Source: Planctomycetota bacterium
GTDB taxonomy: Bacteria; Planctomycetota; UBA11346
DNA: 64,000 bases
Assembly: GCA_038231435.1 (NCBI GenBank)
Contig: JBBRLJ010000001.1
Coordinates: 96,001 to 160,000 of the forward strand
Reading direction: 5' to 3'
The translations under genes and the position numbers were made by a program. Shown piece by piece: positions 1-8,817 of the stretch; the first letter of the stretch is position 1; each line of letters opens with the position of its first letter. Under the pieces are notes generated by a model, which was not told where the DNA came from, did not search any database, and worked only from the letters and a program-made list of their open reading frames with translations.

Positions 1-1
1 C

Positions 2-436
2 GCCGACCAGGTGCTGCTCGGGGTGCTTGGGCCCCGCGAGCGCGTCGACGCGGTGATGTGCAATCCCCCCTTCCACGCCTCCCGCGAGGAGGCGCGCGCC
101 GGCACGCGCCGCAAGTGGACGAACCTCGGGCGCGACGCGCTCGCGCGCAAGCCGAACCCGACCACCAATTTCGGCGGCCGCGACGCCGAGCTGTGGTGCC
201 CGGGCGGCGAGGTCGGCTTCATCGGCAGGATGATCGCCGAGAGCGCCCAGGTGCCGTTGGCGAGCGGCTGGTTCACCGCCCTGCTGTCGCGAGCATCGCA
301 TGTGCCCGCGATCACGCGCGCCTGGGCGCGGGTGAATCCGGCCGAGACCCACGTGCTGCCGATCAGTCGCGGTCAGAAGCAGAGTCGCATCGTCGCCTGG
401 ACCTTCCTCGCGGCAGCGGCGCGCGCCGCACGCTGA
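2..436 (+). CDS. rlmF: 23S rRNA (adenine1618-N6)-methyltransferase, 5'-truncated by window edge
   Basis: MCNPPFH motif, NFGGxxAELWCPGGEVGFI, WFTxL and C-terminal GQKQSRIVAWTF are typical of RlmF; frame is open to the window start. Confidence 0.9.
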   Translation, partial: ADQVLLGVLGPRERVDAVMCNPPFHASREEARAGTRRKWTNLGRDALARKPNPTTNFGGRDAELWCPGGEVGFIGRMIAESAQVPLASGWFTALLSRASHVPAITRAWARVNPAETHVLPISRGQKQSRIVAWTFLAAAARAAR

Positions 437-527
437 GCGTGCGGTTGCCCGCTCAGCCACCGAACGGGCCGGCTGTTGCGATTGGACCTCGCCGGACGCG
501 GGTTATTCTCCTTCCATCGGAGATCCC

Positions 528-1163
528 ATGCCCGCCCCTCGCCTGCGCCGCGGTTGGACCATCGTGTTCGATGGCGATAGCATCACCAATCGTCGCGTGC
601 CGCCCTCGCTCGATACCTGGCCGTACCTGCAGCTGATGAACTGGCAGGGAACCTGGGCCGACGAAGTGGCGCGCTTGCTGTTCTGCTGGCGGCCCGAGCT
701 GCGCCTGGGCTTCCACAATGTCGCCGTCGGCGGGTCGATCGCCGCCGATCTCGACGAACGCGCCGAGCGCTTCGTGCTGCCGCACCGGCCCAAGCTCGTG
801 CTCGCCACCGTCGGAAGCAACGACGCGAACCGCAAGATCCCGACGCGCGATTTCGAGCGCTCGGTGCGGTCGTACGTGGCCAAGGTGGCCAGCGCCGGTG
901 GCCGCGTCGCCTGGGTCTTGAACCTTCCCGGCGTGGATGGCACCAGGACGAAACTGGAACCGTATCGGCGCGTGCTGCGCCGGGTGGCGAGCGCGGAAGG
1001 AGGCTGGTGCGTCGACGTCGGTCCGGCGATGCTGCGCGCCATGCGCGAGCTGCGCGCGCAGTGGGATGGGCACACCATCTTCAGCGATGGCAGCCACTTC
1101 AACGCCGTGGGCGCCACCATCATCGCGGGCGAGGTGCTGCGCTTCCTCGGCGATCGCCGCTGA
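528..1163 (+). CDS. SGNH/GDSL hydrolase family protein
   Basis: Block I FDGDSIT, block II NVAVGG, block III GSND, block V DGSHFN; GGAG upstream. Confidence 0.88.
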   Translation: MPAPRLRRGWTIVFDGDSITNRRVPPSLDTWPYLQLMNWQGTWADEVARLLFCWRPELRLGFHNVAVGGSIAADLDERAERFVLPHRPKLVLATVGSNDANRKIPTRDFERSVRSYVAKVASAGGRVAWVLNLPGVDGTRTKLEPYRRVLRRVASAEGGWCVDVGPAMLRAMRELRAQWDGHTIFSDGSHFNAVGATIIAGEVLRFLGDRR

Positions 1164-1259
1164 ACAGATGATCAGCTGCTGAGCGGACGCGACCTCGCGG
1201 GCGAGATCCTCGTCCGATCATGCCTGATGCAGTAGGAACTCGGCCGCGGCCCGGACTCC

Positions 1260-1829
1260 CTACGCTCTGGTCAGAGCCCAGGTCGTCATGGTGCGCGTGG
1301 TTTCGACCAGCGTGGTCTTCAACGGGTCCGCGCGGCTCGCCATCCAGCGCCGCTCGCACGCCATCAGCTCGGCTTCGGAAGCGAGATGGCGGAAACCAGC
1401 GGGCCTGACGTCGGGCAAGCCGATGCGCGTGGACAAGCGGGCGAGGAACAGCCCACCTGGCGCGAGCTGCAGCCAGCACGCCTCGGCCCAGCGCGCGAAG
1501 GCGGCGGCATCGGGTGCGAAGTGGAGCACGGCATTGACGATCACCACGTCGAATCCGCCGGGGGCGAACGGCATGCGCTCGAGGTCGCAGACGAGGATGC
1601 GATCGTCGAGGCGTCCGCCGAACAACGTCCTGGCAGCGGCTACCGCCTGCGCGTCGGCATCGATGGCTGTGATCGCACAGCCGGCAGCCAACAGCGCCGG
1701 CAGGTTGCGCCCGCCACCGCAGCCGACGTCGAGCGCGCTCATCCCCGAGCCGATGCGCCCGCGCAGGATCTGATCGATGAGGTAGATGTCGGCTCCCGCC
1801 AACGGGACCCACGCGGCAGGCAGGTTCAT
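1260..1829 (-). CDS. class I SAM-dependent methyltransferase
   Basis: ALDVGCGGGRN motif I and FDVVIVNAVLHFA; start chosen at MNLPAAW inside the longer 1260..2987 ORF. Confidence 0.85.
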   Translation of the reverse strand: MNLPAAWVPLAGADIYLIDQILRGRIGSGMSALDVGCGGGRNLPALLAAGCAITAIDADAQAVAAARTLFGGRLDDRILVCDLERMPFAPGGFDVVIVNAVLHFAPDAAAFARWAEACWLQLAPGGLFLARLSTRIGLPDVRPAGFRHLASEAELMACERRWMASRADPLKTTLVETTRTMTTWALTRA

Positions 1830-1970
1830 AGGCTCGCATGATCCCGACGGTGTCGCCCGGCCTAGCGAATTGCCCGTGCACCATCTCCGGCGCGCGCGAA
1901 TGCCACTGACCGTTTCATTCGTCCCATGGACCATCGCACGGACCCGGTCGGGCACGCCAGCAGCCACGCT

Positions 1971-1996
1971 GTGAACTTCGCCACGCGGCATGCGTT
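1971..1996 (+). promoter_or_regulatory. candidate ECF-sigma promoter (GTGAAC-N16-CGTT) for the A2M-like gene
   Basis: AAC and CGT elements at 16-nt spacing, just upstream of the GGAGG SD (2002-2006) and ATG 2016. Confidence 0.35.
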
Positions 1997-2015
1997 CTCC
2001 TGGAGGGGCGAGAGC

Positions 2016-5000
2016 ATGGGACGCCGCACTGGGATCATCGCGACGGTCGCCGTCTGCATCGCCATGCTGGCGATCGCCGTGGCGCGTTTCCACACCACGC
2101 GTCCGGACGCTGACGGAGCGAGCGCGACGGGCGCGGGCTGGCGAGCGGAACCGACCGAGCTGGTGGCGCGCATCGAGCATCTCGCGGACGCTGGAGAAGC
2201 CGACGCGGCAGCGAGCGTGCTCGCGCAGCTGCTCAAGCGTGACGGCATCGCCGCAACCGGGCTCGACGATCGCGCGCGCATGGCGGCAGCGCGCGGCTAC
2301 CTGAAGGCGAAGCGCACCGATGAGGCCCTCGCGCAGGTCGCGGCCATCCCCTGGGCGGACAAGAGCCGGGCGGTCGCGGCGCAGATCCTCGGCCTCGAAT
2401 TGGCGATACGTTGGCAAGGTCTGTTCGATCGCGATGGCCACCTGGCCCCGGCGGCGCTCGGCCCGCGTTTGTCCCCCGAGGCTCCGCAAGGCCTGCCCAA
2501 GGGCGCGTGGCTGCAGCGCTGGGAGCACTACCGCGCGCTCGCCGAACTCATCGATCGCGGCGCACACATGGTTTCTTCCGAAGGTGGCGCGGTCGCGATG
2601 CCGGCGTCGGCCGCGATGATGCAACTCGCCCGCCACGATCACGGGGATCTCAGCGAATCGGATTTCGCTGCGGCGATGGGCCCTACGCGCGACTGGCAGC
2701 CCGAGCTGGCCCTGGCGATGTGCCGGCTGCGCCTGCAGGAGTACGCCATCCCCGAGGCGATCGCGGCGGCCGAGGCGCTGTGGTCGGGGCATCCCGCCAG
2801 TGGCGAGGCTGCCGAGGCGTACCATCTGCTGCGTGTTTGGCAGCTCGAGCGCGGCCTGGCCTCGGGACACCTGCCGTTGTGGCGGTATCCCGAGGTGGAC
2901 GCTCGGCTCGACGCCCTGGCGACCATCTATAAAGACGCGGCCAGAAGCGCGGATATCGCGGTGGCGAGGATCCAGGAGCTCAACCAATGGGGCATGGCGA
3001 GCGCTATTGCTGCGCAGGCCGCGAAGGCCGCGAAGCCATTGCTGGATGCGGTCGAGACCGCGATCCCAACGGCCGAGATCGCGAGGAACGAGGATGCGAT
3101 CGACGACCGGCCCGAGCGGCGGGTCTTCGCCCTGGCGCTGGCATGGAACGGGCTGGAGTTGGCCAGCGAACGGCGCGAGGTGCCGCTCGGCGAACCCGCC
3201 ACGCTGACCATCACCTCAGTGCATCGCGGCCCGCACACCGTGCGCATCCATCGCCTCCCCAACCGCAAGACCTGGGATGTGATGTGCACCAAACCATCCA
3301 ACGCGTTGCTGCCAGCGGAAGCGGTCCACACCAGGGAACTGCAGGGTGGAGACTGGTCATCCCTCGGCGAGCCCTGCGCGATGCCCTTCAACGTGGATGG
3401 CCTGGGCGAGGGCTTCTATGTCGCCACCGTGGCCGTGCGCGGATGTCCGACCACGGTGCTCACGGGCTTCGTGGTCGTGGACCCGGACCTGTACGTGATC
3501 GCTGGACGCGACGAGGTGGTCACCTGGGTGGTCAGCCGCGCCAGCGGCAAACAGAAGTCCGGCGAACCCCTGCGCGCGACGATGAGCCTGGTGCGCGACC
3601 CAGCGCAAGCGGCTGGATCGGCATGGGACGGCGCAGACCCGGTGTGGCGTGCGGGCTTCACCGAGGCCTTCACCGATGAGCCGTCCGCCGCATTCGTGAC
3701 CGACGCGCTACGACCGGTGTTCGCAGCTGGGCGCACGGCCGGCCTCGCGGCCTCGGCCACTGATCCCCCCTTCTCCGCCGAGCTGGATGCGGTGAGTGGC
3801 GAGGATGGCATCGGCCGCGTGGCGCTGCCCGTGAGACTGCGCGACCGTTCCTACACAGTGGCCGTCTCGATCTCGCGCCCCGATGTGATGGTCAGGCGCG
3901 AGGCCCGCGTAGGACCGGCGGCAGATTGGACCGCGAAGGCCGTGGCGTGGGCGGACCGGCCCCTGGTGCGTCCGGGAGAGACCGTGCATTGGAAGATGCT
4001 GATGCGCGATCTCGATGGCTACAGCTACCGGCTGCCGGTGGGCGAGATCGAGCTGACTCTGCGCCTCGACGACCAGGTGCTGTGGAGTGGAACCCAGGCG
4101 ATCACGGATGCCGGCACGGTGGGCGGAGAGCTCGCCATCCCGCCGGGAGCCGCCGAGGGCCGGCTCACCGTATCAGCGGGAACGTCCGGGCCGCGCCACG
4201 CGCTCGCCGGCATCGAACGGGCGGCGTTGCCGAGCGTGCGCTATGACGTGATCGAGGACGAGACGTCGCGCTTGCGCGCCGGGGAATCCATCCGCACCGG
4301 CATCGGCATCCATGACGCCGCCGGTGAGCCCATCGCCGGCGTCGAAGTCACGTGCTCGGTCACCGCGTACCTCGACGGCGTGGCCACGCCGTGCCCGCAG
4401 CCTGGCATAACCACCAGCGACGTCGCGGGTATTGCCCATGTGGTGATCGCCACCATCCCCGATGCCCAGGCGCTGTACCGCGCATATTTCTCGTTCACCG
4501 TCGATCACCATCGCTACCGCATCGAGCGCTCATGGCAGGCGAGCACCTTTCCCTTCCCCCTCGAGGCGGTGGTGCGCAACCGCCAGCTCTCGGCCGTGGA
4601 TTCGGTGCGCGTCGAGCTGCGCTTCCCGGCCGAGGCGCAGGTGACGGTGCGCCTGGTGCGTGGCGAGCAGGCACTAGGCGAGGATCAGCATCCGCGCGGC
4701 GCCTGGCCGCTGTGGTGCGAAGCGCACGTGCCGCTGGATCGTTCGACGCAGAACGCCGACGCGGTCGAGGTATCTACCGCGGTCGCGGGAGGCGGCAGGG
4801 CGCGCCTGCGCATCCCGATCACCATTGCGCCGCCACCGATATCCGCCGGTGCGCCCGAGGTGCAGCTCTCGCCGGACCGGCTGCGCGTCGAACCGGAGCA
4901 GACGCTGGGACTGACTCTCGGCGTGAATGTTCCGGGACGCGATGTGCTGCTCGTCGGCGGCTCGCGCTCGGTGCAGTTGCTCCGCACCACCCGCCTGGAC

Positions 5001-8000
5001 ACGCCGGCGCACCGAGTGGAGGTGGCGATCGCCAGCGACTGGGCGCCCAACATCTCGCTGCAGGCGGTCGCCTACCTTCCCATCCGCGGATTCACGGCGA
5101 CATCGCGCCAGGACATCGAAGTCAGCCCGGTCGACCGCCTGCTGCGCGTGGTGGTCACTCCCGAGCGCGAGGACTACCATCCTGGTGACGACGTCGCGGC
5201 GAGCGTGCTGATCAGCGATTGGAAGGGCAGGCCCGCGGGCGGGGTATCAGTCAGCATCGGCGTGGTCAATGAGCTCATCTACCAGCTCGCCGATGACGCC
5301 ACGCCCGACCTGTGGACCTATTTCTATGGTTACCGGCGCGCGTACGGCTTGGTCGAGGGCACGGCCACCGCACTGCCCTTTCCGTCTGCGTCGTTGTGGC
5401 ACGGCGTCGCGTGGCGCTGGCAGTCGCCCGAGGGCTTCGCCTGCATCGGCTCGGAGATGGCGCTCTCAGCGATGAACGGCGCGCGCTACGGCGGCGGTCG
5501 CGCGCGGTCGATCTCGAGGGGCGGCGGTGCGTCGGCGAGCGAAGCGGCCATGCTCGCTTTGGAATCGGGCGTCGCCATCGCCTGGGTCGGCGACCTGCGC
5601 ACCGACGCGGATGGGCGGGCGACGATACGCTTCACCATGCCGGCGAACACCGGCCGTTTCCGCTGCACCGCCCGCGCCAGCTCCACCGACGCGCAGCTGA
5701 TGGTCGGCGAGGTGCGCATGGGCATCACCAGCCGTCAACCCTTCGGCTGCGCGCTACGCCTGCCCGAGACCGCGCGCGAGGGAGACGTGGTGCAGGCCGA
5801 ACTGGCGCTCGCCAGCTACGACGACGCGCCGCTGGCGCTGGCGCTGGAATTGCCGGACGGCTCGCGGCGCGAACTCACGTTGCCGGGGCGCGCCCGGCGC
5901 GCGCTCGCAGTGCCGGTGCGCATCGCCGCAGGAGACGGCGAGATACGCGTCGCTGGCGGACAGGTCGGCCGCGTCGTCACCCTGCGCGCATCCGCGGTGG
6001 CGGTGGCTGGCGCAGCCAAGCTCGAGACCCGCATCGTGGCGGCAGCGCACTGCCTGGTGATCGCCGCCGGCATACCACGCACCTGGTCGGGATTGGTCAG
6101 CGCGGGCGCGGATGGCTCCATCAGCCTACCGTGGCCGGTGCCCGAGGGCGCGGCGCTACGCGTGCGCTGTCGCGCTTGGCCAGATGCCTCGGCGCGACGC
6201 GACGCGCTCGCCGCCAGCGCGCGCGCGGGCGTACCCGCGGGAGCGGTCGCCGCCTTGGCATGGCTCGAAGCGCCCGCCGGCGAACGGCGCGCACGAGCCC
6301 TGGCGACGTGCTGGTCCACGCTCGACAAGTACATCCCTTCGGCGCTCGCGCGCCAAGCCGCCGCTCGCCGTGGCGAGGCCTTCGGATCCCTGGGCGCCGT
6401 ACCCGACGGCGTCGACGGCGATTGGCTGCTCGCGCGCGGTCGCTTCGATGGCCTGCTGCTCGGTGCGCCGCGCGAACGCGGCCATGTCGCCAGCGCGGGC
6501 AGTGATCGGATCGCGGCGGTGGCCATAGCGCTCGCCGAGAGTTGGCCCGAGGGCCATGCCTGGTGGCCTGGCATCCTCCAGGAGCTGGACCGCGCCAGCG
6601 ATGGCCAGGGCACAGATCCAACGCTGTTCAGTCTCGCGCTCGGCATCGACGCGGCGCGCATGGCGGGCGATGAGTCCGCCCGTACCCGCTTGGCGGCCCG
6701 GCTCGGGCGCCTGCCGTGGACCTGCGAGTTCGATCAAGCCCTGGCCCTGGTATCCATCCCGTCGGGACCGGGATCGATCGGCGGCGCGGTCCTCGTCCAG
6801 GATCGCGCGGGAGTCGGTGCAGCCGCCGCGACCGACATCGCCACCCTCGCCACCATCGCCACCCTCGACGCAGGCGCCGCGAGCGAGTGGCTCGGCGTCG
6901 CCGGTCCGTCGTTCACGTTGTCATCGACGCCAGGCGCGCTCGCGGATCTGGAAGTGCTGATGCAGACACCGGCACCGCTGCAAGCGAAGTCCGTCCAGCT
7001 CAGCGCCACCTTCTACGAGCGCTGCGAGGACGGCGGCTACACCGCCGTCCCCGCCGGTCGAGCGCTCTGGCCCGGACGTCCGCTGGCGATGGCGATCGCA
7101 TCGCCACAGATGGCCGAGGTGGTGCTGCGCCTGCCGAGCCTGCTGCGCATCGCCCCCGAGGGCGGCGAGTTCCTCATCGTCGATGCCGAGCGGTCGTCGA
7201 TCAGGATCGACGGAGACATCCGCCTGGCCGCGAGCCTGCTCGAGGGTGGCGATCGTGATGGCGCCCTCGCCAGTTTCTTCTCCATGTGCCAGCGCAATCC
7301 GGTGCTGCGGACAGGCGTGGGCCAACGCCTGCCGGTGCATGGAGCGGATTCCAAAGCCTTGATCTCCGCGGATGGAACCCTGTCGTTAAGCGTCTGGCCC
7401 GGACAGCCCACGTTCATCGCGCTCGCGACCTCCAGCGAGGGAACGGCGGCCTGGCCGCCGCTCGCCATCACTGGCACCATGCCAGGCGCTCAAGAACGCC
7501 AGCAGGAGCTTCCCAGCATCGTGGTGGGTGTCGGCGACATCGCGCCCCTAGCAGCACCGGAGATCGGCCTACCTGCGCGCGCACTCGCACGTCTGCGCCA
7601 CCTGGCCGCCGATGCGTCCACCGAGGACCTGAGCGCGCTGCTGCTCCAGATGCAGGACCTCGATGTCGACGACGATCCCCGCATCGCGCTGCTCGACCGG
7701 CACGCGGCGCACGATCCAGCGGCGCTGCTGGCGCATCCCCTCTCTGGGGTCCCGGGACACTGGTCGACGGCCGCGCTGCGCGCCTGGAGCGACGGCGACT
7801 TGATGCTGGCGGTGGACACTCCTACTTTGAAGCGCTGGTTGAGCCTCATGGATGGGGGCAGGAACCGCGCGACCGGGCTACAAGATGTTCCGGATGCCGG
7901 AGCGGAACTGGTCGCGGGGGTGGATTGGACCGCCGAGCTCGCACACCCCACCATGCGCACGTTGATCCTGCTCGCCGAGGCCGATGCCGCGCTGCGCAGG

Positions 8001-8636
8001 GAGATCGAGGTGCGCCTGCCGACCTCGATGGCGACGGCGCCGCGCGTAGTCTCGACCGCCAGGGACTGGTTCAGGCGTCTTGGCGCGCTCGGTCTCGCCC
8101 CGGCGCGGGACTACGACACCTGGGTCTGGGAGCAGGAGCTCGATGCGGATCTGCAGTCGACACTGGGATATCCAAGCGGGGTCGACGGCTGGGTCGCCTT
8201 CCTGCGCACACGCTGCGGGCTCGAGGTGCGCATCGGCACGGGGGTACCTGTCGAGATCCCCGGCATCGACCAGGTCTCGGGCCCGCGGCTGGGCGCATCC
8301 TTGCTCACGACGTGCGGATATGCCCTGCAACGTGTGGGCCCCGCGCTCGAGATTCGTCCGGCGCGGGGATTCATCCTCCAGGAACACCTCCTGACCATCA
8401 GCATCGATGTCACCGACGAACGCCTCGATACGGTTGTCGCCGACCTCGATACGCTGCTCGCCAATCGCGGCCTGCCGCCGCTGGAGGTGGACCCCGCATT
8501 CCATGGCGGCGATACGCGAGTCACGTTCGCCTGCAAGGAAGCGGACTGGCGGAACGCGGTGACATCGTTGGCGAGCGTGATCGGCGCGACGGTTGCATTC
8601 GACGGGAATCATGCGGCCCTGCGCCACGCGCATTGA
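2016..8636 (+). CDS. giant alpha-2-macroglobulin-like (MG2/A2M domain) envelope protein
   Basis: N-terminal hydrophobic anchor; MG2 signature ADRPLVRPGETVHWK; REDYHPGDDV; A2M segment WVGDLRTDADGRATIRFTMPANTGRFRCTARA; GGAGG SD; no CxEQ thioester seen. Confidence 0.8.
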   Translation: MGRRTGIIATVAVCIAMLAIAVARFHTTRPDADGASATGAGWRAEPTELVARIEHLADAGEADAAASVLAQLLKRDGIAATGLDDRARMAAARGYLKAKRTDEALAQVAAIPWADKSRAVAAQILGLELAIRWQGLFDRDGHLAPAALGPRLSPEAPQGLPKGAWLQRWEHYRALAELIDRGAHMVSSEGGAVAMPASAAMMQLARHDHGDLSESDFAAAMGPTRDWQPELALAMCRLRLQEYAIPEAIAAAEALWSGHPASGEAAEAYHLLRVWQLERGLASGHLPLWRYPEVDARLDALATIYKDAARSADIAVARIQELNQWGMASAIAAQAAKAAKPLLDAVETAIPTAEIARNEDAIDDRPERRVFALALAWNGLELASERREVPLGEPATLTITSVHRGPHTVRIHRLPNRKTWDVMCTKPSNALLPAEAVHTRELQGGDWSSLGEPCAMPFNVDGLGEGFYVATVAVRGCPTTVLTGFVVVDPDLYVIAGRDEVVTWVVSRASGKQKSGEPLRATMSLVRDPAQAAGSAWDGADPVWRAGFTEAFTDEPSAAFVTDALRPVFAAGRTAGLAASATDPPFSAELDAVSGEDGIGRVALPVRLRDRSYTVAVSISRPDVMVRREARVGPAADWTAKAVAWADRPLVRPGETVHWKMLMRDLDGYSYRLPVGEIELTLRLDDQVLWSGTQAITDAGTVGGELAIPPGAAEGRLTVSAGTSGPRHALAGIERAALPSVRYDVIEDETSRLRAGESIRTGIGIHDAAGEPIAGVEVTCSVTAYLDGVATPCPQPGITTSDVAGIAHVVIATIPDAQALYRAYFSFTVDHHRYRIERSWQASTFPFPLEAVVRNRQLSAVDSVRVELRFPAEAQVTVRLVRGEQALGEDQHPRGAWPLWCEAHVPLDRSTQNADAVEVSTAVAGGGRARLRIPITIAPPPISAGAPEVQLSPDRLRVEPEQTLGLTLGVNVPGRDVLLVGGSRSVQLLRTTRLDTPAHRVEVAIASDWAPNISLQAVAYLPIRGFTATSRQDIEVSPVDRLLRVVVTPEREDYHPGDDVAASVLISDWKGRPAGGVSVSIGVVNELIYQLADDATPDLWTYFYGYRRAYGLVEGTATALPFPSASLWHGVAWRWQSPEGFACIGSEMALSAMNGARYGGGRARSISRGGGASASEAAMLALESGVAIAWVGDLRTDADGRATIRFTMPANTGRFRCTARASSTDAQLMVGEVRMGITSRQPFGCALRLPETAREGDVVQAELALASYDDAPLALALELPDGSRRELTLPGRARRALAVPVRIAAGDGEIRVAGGQVGRVVTLRASAVAVAGAAKLETRIVAAAHCLVIAAGIPRTWSGLVSAGADGSISLPWPVPEGAALRVRCRAWPDASARRDALAASARAGVPAGAVAALAWLEAPAGERRARALATCWSTLDKYIPSALARQAAARRGEAFGSLGAVPDGVDGDWLLARGRFDGLLLGAPRERGHVASAGSDRIAAVAIALAESWPEGHAWWPGILQELDRASDGQGTDPTLFSLALGIDAARMAGDESARTRLAARLGRLPWTCEFDQALALVSIPSGPGSIGGAVLVQDRAGVGAAAATDIATLATIATLDAGAASEWLGVAGPSFTLSSTPGALADLEVLMQTPAPLQAKSVQLSATFYERCEDGGYTAVPAGRALWPGRPLAMAIASPQMAEVVLRLPSLLRIAPEGGEFLIVDAERSSIRIDGDIRLAASLLEGGDRDGALASFFSMCQRNPVLRTGVGQRLPVHGADSKALISADGTLSLSVWPGQPTFIALATSSEGTAAWPPLAITGTMPGAQERQQELPSIVVGVGDIAPLAAPEIGLPARALARLRHLAADASTEDLSALLLQMQDLDVDDDPRIALLDRHAAHDPAALLAHPLSGVPGHWSTAALRAWSDGDLMLAVDTPTLKRWLSLMDGGRNRATGLQDVPDAGAELVAGVDWTAELAHPTMRTLILLAEADAALRREIEVRLPTSMATAPRVVSTARDWFRRLGALGLAPARDYDTWVWEQELDADLQSTLGYPSGVDGWVAFLRTRCGLEVRIGTGVPVEIPGIDQVSGPRLGASLLTTCGYALQRVGPALEIRPARGFILQEHLLTISIDVTDERLDTVVADLDTLLANRGLPPLEVDPAFHGGDTRVTFACKEADWRNAVTSLASVIGATVAFDGNHAALRHAH

Positions 8637-8653
8637 GGCGCGACCAGTCCCCA

Positions 8654-8681
8654 TTGACGTCACGTCCACGTCCGGCACGAT
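8654..8681 (+). promoter_or_regulatory. candidate sigma70 promoter TTGACG-N16-CACGAT
   Basis: Near-consensus -35 and partial -10 ahead of the structured leader of the ankyrin gene. Confidence 0.45.
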
Positions 8682-8699
8682 CGCCAGTGCGCGAAAGGG

Positions 8700-8817
8700 C
8701 GCACCCCGTCCGCGGGCAGGACCGAGTCCACCTTTCCCGACAATCCGACGGTAGCGGTCCCGCAACCTCCCTTTCTGCCCCCTCTGCGGACACGTGGGCA
8801 AGATAAAGGAGGTCGCC
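8700..8817 (+). ncRNA. candidate structured cis-regulatory 5' leader (SD-sequestering hairpin plus pseudoknot/alternative pairing)
   Basis: GGACCG 8719-8724 / CGGTCC 8755-8760; ACCTCCCTTTCTGCCC 8765-8780 / GGGCAAGATAAAGGAGGT 8796-8813 covers the SD; loop GCGGAC 8786-8791 is complementary to GTCCGC 8708-8713. Confidence 0.55.

Noticed and set aside
6836..6867. Short tandem duplication (IATLAT-IATLD) in the A2M-like gene
   Set aside because: In-frame 18-nt slippage in a linker; no array or phase-variation signature.
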